A DNA stretch of 64,000 bases from a virus (IMGVR_UViG_3300045988_156148:17586-81585); one strand, 5' to 3'; shown: positions 27,815 through 36,984, numbered from the stretch's first letter. Program-made: numbers and translations. Notes: a model not told the origin generated them from the sequence alone.

Positions 27815-28255
27815 TTATATCTTCAAACTAGGTAAAACACTGACAGCATCAAACAAAATACTAGAAACAGCACCCTTGTATTCCTTCTCGCTTATCTCCT
27901 CACCCAAATAATGAACATGAGCCTCCTCTGAAAGGTTAATCCTAATACAGCCATTACCATCACGACTAACAGAAGATACCATACATTTTGCCAATACTTC
28001 ACCATCTGAACTAACATATAAATCTTCCGAGCGAACATCTAACAATACATGATATTCGTAAAAATGAGAACTGGAACTGTAGTCATTACGTTTAGATTTA
28101 TAATACCGACCTATCTTATCCTTAAATTCAGGATAATAACATTTAGCAAGGTACTTTTCATATTCCTCCCTAACAACATAAAGTTCCTCATCTAATTGCA
28201 CCAACTTGTCCTGATACCAAGACAAATCCTTCTCTTCTTTCTTCTTACTAGACAT
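27815..28255 (-). CDS. Hypothetical protein
   Basis: Packed co-directional ORF with a -7 box at 28286-28293. Confidence 0.5.
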   Translation of the reverse strand: MSSKKKEEKDLSWYQDKLVQLDEELYVVREEYEKYLAKCYYPEFKDKIGRYYKSKRNDYSSSSHFYEYHVLLDVRSEDLYVSSDGEVLAKCMVSSVSRDGNGCIRINLSEEAHVHYLGEEISEKEYKGAVSSILFDAVSVLPSLKI

Positions 28256-28285
28256 AATTTCTATCTTTTTTAGTTAAACATGGCA

Positions 28286-28293
28286 CAAATATA
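28286..28293 (-). promoter_or_regulatory. -7 box TATATTTG (- strand)
   Basis: The forward strand reads caaatata, 31 nt upstream of ATG 28255. Confidence 0.45.
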
Positions 28294-28460
28294 CACCCAT
28301 TTCAAGCAAAAAACAAGAAATATACAAAATATAACACTGACTTTAACTAAATAAACACCAAATAAGGTTCAACAAGTGGCATAAACAGCGATTTTCATAC
28401 CAAAAATGAACAACTTATCATCTTAATGGCTAAAATAGGAAAAACATAGGAATAGTTAAG

Positions 28461-28496
28461 CTAAAAAAGAAAACCCCCATCTTCACAGACAGGGGG
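28461..28496 (-). terminator. Intrinsic terminator downstream of the GIY-YIG gene
   Basis: On the - strand: CCCCC-tgtctgtgaagat-GGGGG followed by TTTTCTTTTTT. Confidence 0.55.
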
Positions 28497-28718
28497 AAAG
28501 TACAAAATATAAAATCTTAGTTTTATGGCTAAGCACAAAAATAACAAATTAAGCCAATAGAAACAACAAAAAATAGCATTAAATAGACAAAAATCAATTA
28601 TGGCTATTAAATGCTACTTTATGACACCCCTAAAATATAAAATCCCCAACCTGAACAAACACAAAAACAGGAAGGGAATTAAGAAAGAAAGAAGGTATGC
28701 AAAAATATATAATTTCTC

Positions 28719-29837
28719 TTAATCATCCAACTTTTTCCAAATATATCCACCACACCTTTTTGTAATTCCCTTTATATTTTGCCATATACACGAATAGCGT
28801 ACACCTGTTGAGTTACTAGCACTTCTTATTCCATCATACTGTGCTATAAAAACGCCATTTAGGTCGTATTGTTCTATCTTAAAGTCATTAGGAAAATAAG
28901 CTCTTATCTCTTTTTTGTTTTTGATAGACTCTTTGACTGGCTTATTTTCACATTCAGACATTGGCTTATAGGTGTCACCAAGAACTTTTCCAATAGTCTC
29001 ATCGTAAGGCTCTATCTTTATGGGATAATCATCAGATACTTTCTTGTATAAAACATAACCATTTACGTATTTGCCATAAGGAATGTTATGGTTGCGGCTA
29101 AAAGACAAAGCTGCACGACGCTTACTCTCATATTCCCCACAAAAATTACCCTGTGAATCATACTTTAATGCATGAGGAACTACATGAGATACATACTCCT
29201 TCTCAACAACACGCCTTACTACCTCATTACGAACTATAGTGCGTGTGCGATTAATCACTTTATAACCAACAGGCTCTATGCGATCGGGAATATAACCATA
29301 CCTGCCTGTCTTGAAAATATACTTACCCTTGTATATCTTAGACTTGTCAAGATAACGAGATAATTCGTGATCTAATAAACCAATATCATAACAACAACGA
29401 CCCTTTGAATGATAGCTTTTTTGAAAATATCCATCTTTATCATAAACCAAAACTTGGCAAGAAGTACCATTAGTCTGAATATCTTCCACAGGAATACCCA
29501 ATATTTCACCTCCTATGCCGGAATTATAACCATTTGGGTGCAAAGTATCAAATTCACGAATATATTTTATCTCCAATATAGACAGACAAAGAAGAGTGTC
29601 TGATTTACACAAAGAAGAAATCTCGCAAATAACAGAAACATATACATTATCAATACCAAATTTACGTAATGCCAACATGTTCTTTGACGCATCGCCAAAA
29701 TTACGAGATAGTTGAGACTCATACAACTTCATACGATCATGAAGACATTTAGTCTGTCCAATATAACACTTACCATCAGGATAGGTCAGCTTATAAATAC
29801 AAGCACATTGCAAGTCCTTAGCTTCTTCAAATTTCAT
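28719..29837 (-). CDS. GIY-YIG homing endonuclease with repeated C-terminal DNA-binding modules
   Basis: CIYKLTYPDGKCYIGQT..(R)..NGYNS GIY-YIG core. Start taken at MKFEEAKD (ATG 29837) because the -7 box lies at 29854-29861. Three NUMOD/IENR-like repeats are present (YHSKGRCCYDIG, YESKRRAALSF, YDGIRSASNSTG). Confidence 0.8.
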   Translation of the reverse strand: MKFEEAKDLQCACIYKLTYPDGKCYIGQTKCLHDRMKLYESQLSRNFGDASKNMLALRKFGIDNVYVSVICEISSLCKSDTLLCLSILEIKYIREFDTLHPNGYNSGIGGEILGIPVEDIQTNGTSCQVLVYDKDGYFQKSYHSKGRCCYDIGLLDHELSRYLDKSKIYKGKYIFKTGRYGYIPDRIEPVGYKVINRTRTIVRNEVVRRVVEKEYVSHVVPHALKYDSQGNFCGEYESKRRAALSFSRNHNIPYGKYVNGYVLYKKVSDDYPIKIEPYDETIGKVLGDTYKPMSECENKPVKESIKNKKEIRAYFPNDFKIEQYDLNGVFIAQYDGIRSASNSTGVRYSCIWQNIKGITKRCGGYIWKKLDD

Positions 29838-29853
29838 ATAATATTCTTTTTTG

Positions 29854-29861
29854 CAAATATA
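29854..29861 (-). promoter_or_regulatory. -7 box TATATTTG (- strand), first promoter of the leftward block
   Basis: The forward strand reads caaatata, 17 nt upstream of ATG 29837. Confidence 0.5.
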
Positions 29862-29879
29862 CAAAAGAAAAAAATTTAA

Positions 29880-30560
29880 AAGTTAAGGGTAAAAAAAAAG
29901 TAAAAAAAAATTGAAAAATGAAAAATTTATGAGCAAAAGCAGCACTTAACCGTGGCTTAAAAATAGGGGTGGGGTGGTAGGCATGGGAAAAGCCACGGTA
30001 AAACAGAGGGCAAAATACAGGAATGAACGTATTTTAAGGCTTAATTTTAAAAGATCAATAATAAGACGATATAAACATAGTATTTTATATTAAAACATCG
30101 CATTCAGCCTTAAAACACGTCTAAAACACTCGTTTCGTGTTTTGGGGACATCGTTTTTTTACCCTTTAATGTGCAAAAATAGGCTGCATTAAACAAGCAT
30201 GTACAAAATGTTTGGCGTGTGAGAAAGCCGCACTTTTTCATATATAACCTTTTTCGCATTTTGTTTTCTTCTTATAGATTTTTTCTATGATGTTTATCTT
30301 TTCGATATGTTTTATCTATTCTTTTTTTTTTACATGTGTATTTTTTCTCTATATAGTATATATATATATAATATAGTAGTATATATATATTATTTACTCA
30401 TATAGTACTACATCTTCGATATAGTACTATATTCGTTAATAGTGCTTGCTTGCTTGCTTTTTCCCCTTTTCCCTTTATCCCTTTTCCCGCTTTATTTGCG
30501 TTGTGCTGTGTGTGTTCCTGTGTGTTTTTTCGTTATTATTTACATTTAACACGAAATTAA
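29880..30560. promoter_or_regulatory. Non-coding divergence hub; candidate replication origin
   Basis: No ORF. Contains phased A-tracts (29887-29925), a 9-bp stem with a G-rich loop (29949-29999), four ATATAGTA iterons, an (AT)n run, (GCTT)3-4, a CCCTTTTCCC-type pyrimidine tract and a GT-rich tract. Confidence 0.4.
30351..30433. repeat. Four ATATAGTA iterons, including a 14-bp palindrome ATATAGTACTATAT
   Basis: Copies at 30351, 30371, 30400 and 30419. The last forms a perfect palindrome at 30419-30432. Confidence 0.7.
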
Positions 30561-30601
30561 CTTAACTACGATTTTTTCGTACTTATTTGTGTTAGTTCAA
30601 T

Positions 30602-30683
30602 AATGCATATAGTGCGCATAGTCTAATAAAGGTTAATATATTAGTGCATATTTTGCGCATTCCGATAATGTGCGTATATTTGC
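30602..30683 (+). promoter_or_regulatory. Rightward early promoter (-7 box TATATTTG 30675-30682) with five upstream (A/G)TGC(GC)AT boxes
   Basis: Boxes: ATGCATAT, GTGCGCATA, GTGCATAT, TGCGCAT and TGTGCGTAT. The last overlaps the -7 box. Confidence 0.45.
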
Positions 30684-31303
30684 AATACAAAGAAAGGGAA
30701 CCAGTTCCCAAAGTAGTTCTTTAAAATACTGATTAACTCCTATCTTATGCAGACCGCAAAGATATTATATTATACACCTGTATGCAGCAGGTTTTCGATT
30801 TACTGGGAAATAGAGCTATATTATAATATCCCTTTTCTTTTTTGCGTTCCGTTCTGCTATTTGGTTAATTGGTTTTCGTTCATTCACGTATTGAAAATAG
30901 CGGCTTATTTGTTGCATCGTAGCAACCTAACAAGCATAAGACTATTAAGTAGGTATTACTCAAACATTGGTTATATCAGTACCTACAAACTAGTAATTAG
31001 TTATGAGACCGTAATAGTGAGTTATACGGGTGAGACGAAAGGAGACCGACCCTAGTAGTTATAATATAGTGAATAAACCAATACAATAACAATTAAATTC
31101 TAAAAAACATCTAATAATAGCAAGTATCCAATATAACGGGTAAATCTAGTAACAACTAACAATAATTAGTTATTACTCAAGTTCTGTTATATTTGGCTTG
31201 CTATTTTTGTTAATGTAGCCTATATATTCCTATAATATATAGACGGTTACAAGCCCGATAAATACAGAGTTGCAATTATAATTATCAATATTAATATAAA
31301 TCT

Positions 31304-31486
31304 ATGGAAATAATAGTATCTAAGAGATCCGGCAATGTGTTAGTATATATACCGGAATTGAAAAAACGTATTAGTTTAGATCCTAGTACGTTTTTGTGGT
31401 TTGATGGAAGTTTTTGCCATAACGAAATAGTAGACCACATTACTAGTAATTTTAACATAAATATTACGAATGTGGTATATTTGTAA
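31304..31486 (+). CDS. Hypothetical protein
   Basis: First ORF of the rightward block. Confidence 0.45.
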   Translation: MEIIVSKRSGNVLVYIPELKKRISLDPSTFLWFDGSFCHNEIVDHITSNFNINITNVVYL

Positions 31487-31521
31487 GCATGCGAATTAAA
31501 TACTAATCAATACTTTTAATC

Positions 31522-31773
31522 ATGGGAAAGATAGAAGAAAAAAAGACGTTTAAGTATGTTGTTACTTATATGTTATACGGACATACAAACGTGCTTATAA
31601 AAGTAGGAAAAAAAATTTATGAATTTGTAAATGTGTGCGATGATAATAAAACCGCTTTTGGTTGCAATACGATAGCAGTTCTTTATGATTTTAAGGCACA
31701 AAAATATATAGCGGTTAAAGTTGATGATGAAAAGTTTAACAAGGTTGAGACTATAATACTACCAAATCAATAA
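31522..31773 (+). CDS. Hypothetical protein
   Basis: Packed co-directional ORF. Confidence 0.5.
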   Translation: MGKIEEKKTFKYVVTYMLYGHTNVLIKVGKKIYEFVNVCDDNKTAFGCNTIAVLYDFKAQKYIAVKVDDEKFNKVETIILPNQ

Positions 31774-31798
31774 TAATTAAATAAAGGAGGAATAAGTT

Positions 31799-32167
31799 AT
31801 GAAAAAGAATGTAAGAGAACATAAAAATGTAGGCGTACAATTTGCATACGTTTTGGACTGCATTTATAACGATGAAAAATTAGATATGAGTGATAAAGAA
31901 GCTATTAATTACTTCTTTGACTGTTTTAATAGAGAATATAACGACGCTTATTATAAGCGGTTATATCCTAGTTTACAGGAACGAGTGAAAGAATATATAA
32001 AAGGTTTACCGTCTTGTTTCGGTGTGGCTTATTGCACTGATACTATAATTAATATAGGCAAATCGTGGGGATATTGCAGAACGGAAAGACAAATAGTTGA
32101 TTTTCAAAATAATTGGTTTTCGGTTATTGCGTGGAGATTAATTCAGTTAAGAGAGAAATTAAACTAA
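31799..32167 (+). CDS. Hypothetical protein
   Basis: Packed co-directional ORF. Confidence 0.5.
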   Translation: MKKNVREHKNVGVQFAYVLDCIYNDEKLDMSDKEAINYFFDCFNREYNDAYYKRLYPSLQERVKEYIKGLPSCFGVAYCTDTIINIGKSWGYCRTERQIVDFQNNWFSVIAWRLIQLREKLN

Positions 32168-32180
32168 TACATTGTATAGT

Positions 32181-32420
32181 ATGGAGATAACATTTAATAT
32201 ATCGCAAAAATATTGGTCCGACTCTTTTATAGACTCATTGGCTAATGTAGAAAGTTTTAACAAACTTTGCGGAGAAGTAAATACAGGCGCAAAAGGTATT
32301 TCTTCTTCTTCCTGTAATATACCCCGAAATAGATTTGCCTTTCATCAAGCGGATAAAGCAAAAGTTATTGTAGAAAAAAGACAAAGAAGGGGCTATATAC
32401 AAATTGCTTTTATTTTTTAA
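32181..32420 (+). CDS. Hypothetical protein
   Basis: ATG 32181 lies inside track ORF 32172..32420. Confidence 0.4.
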   Translation: MEITFNISQKYWSDSFIDSLANVESFNKLCGEVNTGAKGISSSSCNIPRNRFAFHQADKAKVIVEKRQRRGYIQIAFIF

Positions 32421-32445
32421 ATACAATAATTAAATATATAGAGTT

Positions 32446-32775
32446 ATGAAAACAATTAAATATAAGACTTTAAACGGTTTATTGAACCAAACTAGACAAA
32501 TGAATATGGAGCAATTTTTAAACGGTCGTTTTCACCATAACACAAAAGGGTGGATAAACTTTAAATTAGATGAAGAAGAAAGGAAAAAGGTATTAGAAAG
32601 CTTTTCAAAATATTGTTTTGCAACAAAGAAAGCGCAAAAACAAATGTTTTATAATCTTGTAAATAATTATGGAGACACTAGTTTGTTTCAATGTTTTTAC
32701 ATTGATAAAGGGGGATTTAGTAATAGTTTATCCGGCGAAGCTTTCGATTACTGTAGGAGACGTTTTAATAAATAA
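32446..32775 (+). CDS. Hypothetical protein
   Basis: Packed co-directional ORF. Confidence 0.5.
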   Translation: MKTIKYKTLNGLLNQTRQMNMEQFLNGRFHHNTKGWINFKLDEEERKKVLESFSKYCFATKKAQKQMFYNLVNNYGDTSLFQCFYIDKGGFSNSLSGEAFDYCRRRFNK

Positions 32776-32888
32776 GGGAAAAATGAAAGCAAAGGAATTT
32801 AAAGAGATAATAAAAGGCTTTTCCGCTTTATGTGGAATACTTTTAGTTTGTTATATTTTATGTTTAATATTTTATAAATAATATTGTT

Positions 32889-33077
32889 ATGAAAGTGAAA
32901 ACATTATCAAAAGAGTATCACAACAAAGTTGTTAATTTCCCTAATTTTGATAAAAGCGGAAGTATTAGAGGTATGAAAAAACTTTATTACGGCAAAGACG
33001 CATTACTTGTTAGGTGTGGTGGATATATTTACAATGTAAGTGCCGAACCTTCAATTTATTACGAACTAGCATATTAA
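32889..33077 (+). CDS. Hypothetical protein
   Basis: Packed co-directional ORF. Confidence 0.45.
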   Translation: MKVKTLSKEYHNKVVNFPNFDKSGSIRGMKKLYYGKDALLVRCGGYIYNVSAEPSIYYELAY

Positions 33078-33097
33078 ATAAAAAGAGACGTAAACCT

Positions 33098-33313
33098 ATG
33101 AATAAAGAAAAAAGAATTGAGTTCCTAACAAAGTTAGCAAACTTGTTAGATGAGTATAATGTAGAAATAGAATTCACATGTAGTGAAGGCTCTGATACTT
33201 CTTCTTTGTATGATGATAGATTAATCATAGCAGAAAGGAAAACAGAGGTAACAATTTTAGATACTTTTAATGAGTGGTATTTAAGTAGTAATGTAATCAA
33301 AGAAAATATGTAA
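33098..33313 (+). CDS. Hypothetical protein
   Basis: Internal ATG (MNKEKRIEFL) of track ORF 33014..33313, which avoids overlap with the upstream gene. Confidence 0.45.
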   Translation: MNKEKRIEFLTKLANLLDEYNVEIEFTCSEGSDTSSLYDDRLIIAERKTEVTILDTFNEWYLSSNVIKENM

Positions 33314-33315
33314 TC

Positions 33316-33447
33316 ATGAAAACAAGAACAATTATAAAGAAAAGATTTGAGTTCGTTTGCTCTGTTATGAACAACAAAGTATATTATTCAGAGAAAGAAC
33401 AAAAGAGAATAGCAAGAAGAATGTTTGTATTAAACAGCTTAAAATAA
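33316..33447 (+). CDS. Small hypothetical protein (43 aa)
   Basis: Fills a gap. ATG is 3 nt after the upstream stop. Confidence 0.3.
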   Translation: MKTRTIIKKRFEFVCSVMNNKVYYSEKEQKRIARRMFVLNSLK

Positions 33448-33454
33448 TATAGGT

Positions 33455-33622
33455 ATGGAAAAACTAAATAATTATTTGGTTCGGTGTCATAACATCAATA
33501 CAACTCCACCGTATTACGATTTTAAAGTAGCGGTAACTAAGAGATATATAAAACAATACGCTAAATTAATGCGCGAAAAATACGACGTTGTAATAATTGC
33601 AAAAGTTGATAGAACTATTTAA
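33455..33622 (+). CDS. Small hypothetical protein (55 aa)
   Basis: Fills a gap. MEKLNNYLVRCHNINTTPPYYDFKV.. Confidence 0.35.
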   Translation: MEKLNNYLVRCHNINTTPPYYDFKVAVTKRYIKQYAKLMREKYDVVIIAKVDRTI

Positions 33623-33676
33623 AATATTAAAAACGGTTTAGGAATAATCAAAGTTAAATTAATGGAGGAATAGATC

Positions 33677-34063
33677 ATGAAAAAGTATACAGAAAAGCAA
33701 ATAGAATCATTTAAAGAAATGATTAATAACGGTATAATATCTCAAATTGATGGATACCCGGAACTATGTAGAAAGATTGTACGTGATGTTCACGAAATCG
33801 AAGAAGGGTATTTTACTTTTGAAAATCTTTCTACAAATGAAATTGTAAATCAGTGGGACGCTAGAGGAGAAAAAGGGCATTTAATCGACAGCTTGATAGA
33901 AAGTTACGACAAGCCGGAAATCATTTTAAAGGATATAGTTAAAACTTATTCGGAATATTTGTTCCCTGATCAAGTAGACCGAAGATATATGATAAAGTTG
34001 TTAGGTTTACGAGATTACGCTACAAAGGAAGAAATTATAAAAGAATTAAATGAAATACTATGA
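33677..34063 (+). CDS. Hypothetical protein
   Basis: Packed co-directional ORF. Confidence 0.5.
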   Translation: MKKYTEKQIESFKEMINNGIISQIDGYPELCRKIVRDVHEIEEGYFTFENLSTNEIVNQWDARGEKGHLIDSLIESYDKPEIILKDIVKTYSEYLFPDQVDRRYMIKLLGLRDYATKEEIIKELNEIL

Positions 34064-34227
34064 AAAAGAAAAAGTTTGATCCAATAAATTTCATTCCTAA
34101 TCAGTCAAAATATCAAAGAGGTATTTTTAATGAATCTTTTGAAAAAGAACTGGAAGGACTTGCAGCGAATGAAATTCAAAGGGAGTTATTATTAAAGAAA
34201 AGTAATAAACATATTAATAAAAAGTGA
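34060..34227 (+). CDS. Small hypothetical protein (55 aa)
   Basis: ATGA start/stop overlap with the upstream gene. Confidence 0.35.
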   Translation: MKKKKFDPINFIPNQSKYQRGIFNESFEKELEGLAANEIQRELLLKKSNKHINKK

Positions 34228-34231
34228 TAAT

Positions 34232-34435
34232 ATGAAAGCAAAAGATTACAAAGAGAATGGATATACACATGTATTGGTTGAAATCACTAATTTTGCCAAT
34301 AAGCCGGAAATAACGAAAGGTTTTAAAAGTTATTACGAAATGAGAAAAGCCAAATATAGAATGAATTTACATGAAATAAATTCAAAAATATTCTCATTTA
34401 TGAGTGTCGACAAGGCTATTGATAATGGTCTTTAA
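34232..34435 (+). CDS. Hypothetical protein
   Basis: Packed co-directional ORF. Confidence 0.5.
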   Translation: MKAKDYKENGYTHVLVEITNFANKPEITKGFKSYYEMRKAKYRMNLHEINSKIFSFMSVDKAIDNGL

Positions 34436-34526
34436 ATAAAGAAAGGAGTAAAAATGTTGTTTATAATATGTTTGATTATTTGGGGTGGTTGTACTGTATT
34501 TGAAGGGCTAACTAAAAAATAGTAAT

Positions 34527-35099
34527 ATGAATAAGTTTGTTTCAAAACGTGGTGAGATATGGAAAGATATACCAAAATTTGAGGGCGTATATCAAATATC
34601 AAATTTGGGGCGTGCAAGAAGTTTGAAAAAGAATAGGATATACTTGTTAAAAAATAACATAGACACTAACGGATATTATTATATCATCCCATACGTAAAT
34701 AAAAAAACGTATACTCATTATAAAATACATAGATTAGTTGCATTATTGTTTGTAGACGGATATAAAGAAGGTTTAGTTGTTAACCATAAAGACGGTAATA
34801 AATTGAATAATAATGCATCTAACCTTGAATGGGTGACAAGTTCTTATAATAATAAACACGCTTTTGATATAGGACTCAAGAGGAAAGGAGTACACGAAAA
34901 TTGTAGAAAAGCTTGCATAGAAAAAACAAGCATTAAAGTTAAGTGTATCGACATTAATACGGGTGTAGAAAAAACATTCCGTTCAATGAAACAAGCTGCC
35001 AAAGAAATAGGCGGGACAGGTGCGGGTATTAAATATAGCATAAAGAATAATAAGCCATACAAAAAAAGATATTTATTTTATGAAATTTATATACGCTAG
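34527..35099 (+). CDS. HNH homing endonuclease (NUMOD4 + HNH_3 type)
   Basis: EIWKDIPKFEGVYQISNLGRARS..HRLVALLF..VNHKDGNKLNNNASNLEWVT. Paralog of 48437..49195. Confidence 0.8.
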   Translation: MNKFVSKRGEIWKDIPKFEGVYQISNLGRARSLKKNRIYLLKNNIDTNGYYYIIPYVNKKTYTHYKIHRLVALLFVDGYKEGLVVNHKDGNKLNNNASNLEWVTSSYNNKHAFDIGLKRKGVHENCRKACIEKTSIKVKCIDINTGVEKTFRSMKQAAKEIGGTGAGIKYSIKNNKPYKKRYLFYEIYIR

Positions 35100-35823
35100 A
35101 TGTTCAACGGAAAAACAAGACTTTGAACAACAAAAAGAATGTATAAAACAGTATTTGAAAAGAATAGGAGACAATTCAGATATTAAAGAAGTTGTAGAAA
35201 AAGTTTCAGGGACTATAAAACATACAAAACGAAAACTGCAAGAAGTATTAGAAATGTGCAAGAGTGGAGACACTATATATATATCTGAATTGTCTCGATT
35301 AGGTAGAAGTATGAATGATTTATTTTCTATTGTTTCTTATTGTGGAGAAAAAGATATAACTATAATACAATGCAAAGACGGAACTATAATAGAAAATAAA
35401 TCAATAGGTGGAAAAGCCCTTCTTTTTGCATTATCATTAGCCGCTGAAATTGAAGTAGAAAACATACGTCAGCGTACACGTATGGGACTAGCCGCAAGAA
35501 AAGCGAAAGGTATGCAAACAGGCGGAACAAATGAATTGTGGGGAAAGAATAGTTCTACAGATAGAATAGTTTCAATAAATAAGATGCACGATGAGTCCGC
35601 AAACAAAAGGCGAGAAAATGCACGTGTTAATGAAAGTAATGTGTTTTTTTGGGCTTTCATTACTGATTGGATAAAAGATAAGGGAGAGCCTAGAAACTAC
35701 GAAATTTGGGGAGATATTGCACAAAAATTGAATAATCTGAATCAAAAGACAGCTACAGGAATGGAATATAATTCAGTTCGTGCGGCTGCAATGTATCGTA
35801 AACTTAAAAAAATAATGAAATAA
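35080..35823 (+). CDS. Small serine recombinase (resolvase/invertase family)
   Basis: IYARCSTEKQ (catalytic Ser), GDTIYISELSRLGRS and ENIRQRTRMGLAARKAKG match the resolvase catalytic domain. A ~100-aa C-terminal region may contain an HTH. Confidence 0.8.
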   Translation: MKFIYARCSTEKQDFEQQKECIKQYLKRIGDNSDIKEVVEKVSGTIKHTKRKLQEVLEMCKSGDTIYISELSRLGRSMNDLFSIVSYCGEKDITIIQCKDGTIIENKSIGGKALLFALSLAAEIEVENIRQRTRMGLAARKAKGMQTGGTNELWGKNSSTDRIVSINKMHDESANKRRENARVNESNVFFWAFITDWIKDKGEPRNYEIWGDIAQKLNNLNQKTATGMEYNSVRAAAMYRKLKKIMK

Positions 35824-35832
35824 CTTAAAAAT

Positions 35833-36144
35833 ATGGACAAAGAATATATTGAAGTAAAAGGAATAAAATTTGAAAAGCGATATGATTGGCAATTCATATT
35901 TCCCAAAGGATGCCTTATAACACCCATTTATAAACGAAATAAAATTGTACGTGTATTAGTTACCAATAGAAAAAACAGAAATGTTTTCTATGTCGAATCT
36001 AATACTAATAAACTTGAATTTATAAATGTTGATGTGACATCTATGAAAATACTACAAGGCATTAGCTATCTTATAGAAACAAGATGTTATATGGAGGTAC
36101 TGAATACATGGATATTAATTAAAAAAAATGAAATGAAACAATAA
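35833..36144 (+). CDS. Hypothetical protein
   Basis: Packed co-directional ORF. Confidence 0.5.
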   Translation: MDKEYIEVKGIKFEKRYDWQFIFPKGCLITPIYKRNKIVRVLVTNRKNRNVFYVESNTNKLEFINVDVTSMKILQGISYLIETRCYMEVLNTWILIKKNEMKQ

Positions 36145-36156
36145 ATATATAAAGCT

Positions 36157-36360
36157 ATGAGCAAAAGAAATTTAGTAGAGAATTATTTCAGGAATAAATA
36201 TCCTGATGAAAGGTATCAGTTCAAAGCATATCATACTATAGAGGATATGTTTGGAGTCAAAGGGAACAATCTTTATGTCGTTGAATTTATAGATGTGAAG
36301 ATGAGATACCCTAAAACATTGGAGTTAAGAATTAAAGAAAATGAACTATTAAATATTTGA
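36157..36360 (+). CDS. Hypothetical protein
   Basis: Packed co-directional ORF. Confidence 0.5.
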   Translation: MSKRNLVENYFRNKYPDERYQFKAYHTIEDMFGVKGNNLYVVEFIDVKMRYPKTLELRIKENELLNI

Positions 36361-36363
36361 GTT

Positions 36364-36567
36364 ATGGAAAGCAAAGAGGATATTATTAGAAAATATATCA
36401 AAGGAATAGTTTCTATTGAAAGCAATGGGAAAGTTATGTATGTTTCCACAAAGAATTGCTTTGCTAGAACAAGTACCTTAGAATTTCTAAAAGAGAGATT
36501 AAATTGCAAAGAAATATTGGTAGAAATAAAAGCAAAAGATGGTTTATTAATGTATGTAATTGAATAA
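36364..36567 (+). CDS. Hypothetical protein
   Basis: Packed co-directional ORF. Confidence 0.5.
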   Translation: MESKEDIIRKYIKGIVSIESNGKVMYVSTKNCFARTSTLEFLKERLNCKEILVEIKAKDGLLMYVIE

Positions 36568-36753
36568 TGATATGAAAACAAAGAAAATCACCTTAGTATT
36601 AGATTCTAAAACAACAAAGAATCCTTAAATTAACATTGGCAGCATGTTTAAATGGAGAAGAAGTAGAAGTTAGCTTCCTTGCCAATCTTTTCAAATTGGT
36701 GGTAGATGGTTTATTAATTTGGTGGTTAGTAGAATCATTTAAATATTAGAACT

Positions 36754-36984
36754 ATGACATACAAAAAGTTTTTAGAGCAAACAGAAAAAGCTAAAACGGA
36801 ATTTATAAAAAGAATCCGTCAGTATGAAGATGTTACAAGCAAAGAAATTGATAACATCGGAATAAGTTGGGATTATATTCGCATATCGCTTTATTTACAA
36901 ACAGAAGAAAGTGAATATGAACATGTATGGGAATACGATGGCACAAAAGATGAATTGTTTAGTTTATGTTTTGATGTAAAATAA
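36754..36984 (+). CDS. Hypothetical protein
   Basis: Packed co-directional ORF. Confidence 0.5.
   Translation: MTYKKFLEQTEKAKTEFIKRIRQYEDVTSKEIDNIGISWDYIRISLYLQTEESEYEHVWEYDGTKDELFSLCFDVK

Noticed and set aside
30747-31055. 102-aa ORF downstream of the early promoter as a protein gene
   Set aside because: The composition is odd (Tyr/Ile/Phe/Ser-rich, no charged segments), there is no convincing start context, and it lies in a repeat- and hairpin-rich stretch. It is treated as non-coding pending data.
35080-35823. Phage integrase with attP (lysogeny module)
   Set aside because: The protein is a small resolvase/invertase-type serine recombinase, not a large serine or tyrosine integrase. No att-like site or repressor/Cro switch was recognised next to it, so lysogeny cannot be supported from this window.
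36572-36750. Frameshifted small gene (MKTKKITLVLDSKTTKNP* followed by ..LTLAACLNGEEVEVSFLANLF.. in the +1 frame)
   Set aside because: There is no homopolymer, no paralog to anchor the join, and both pieces are very short. The evidence is too weak.
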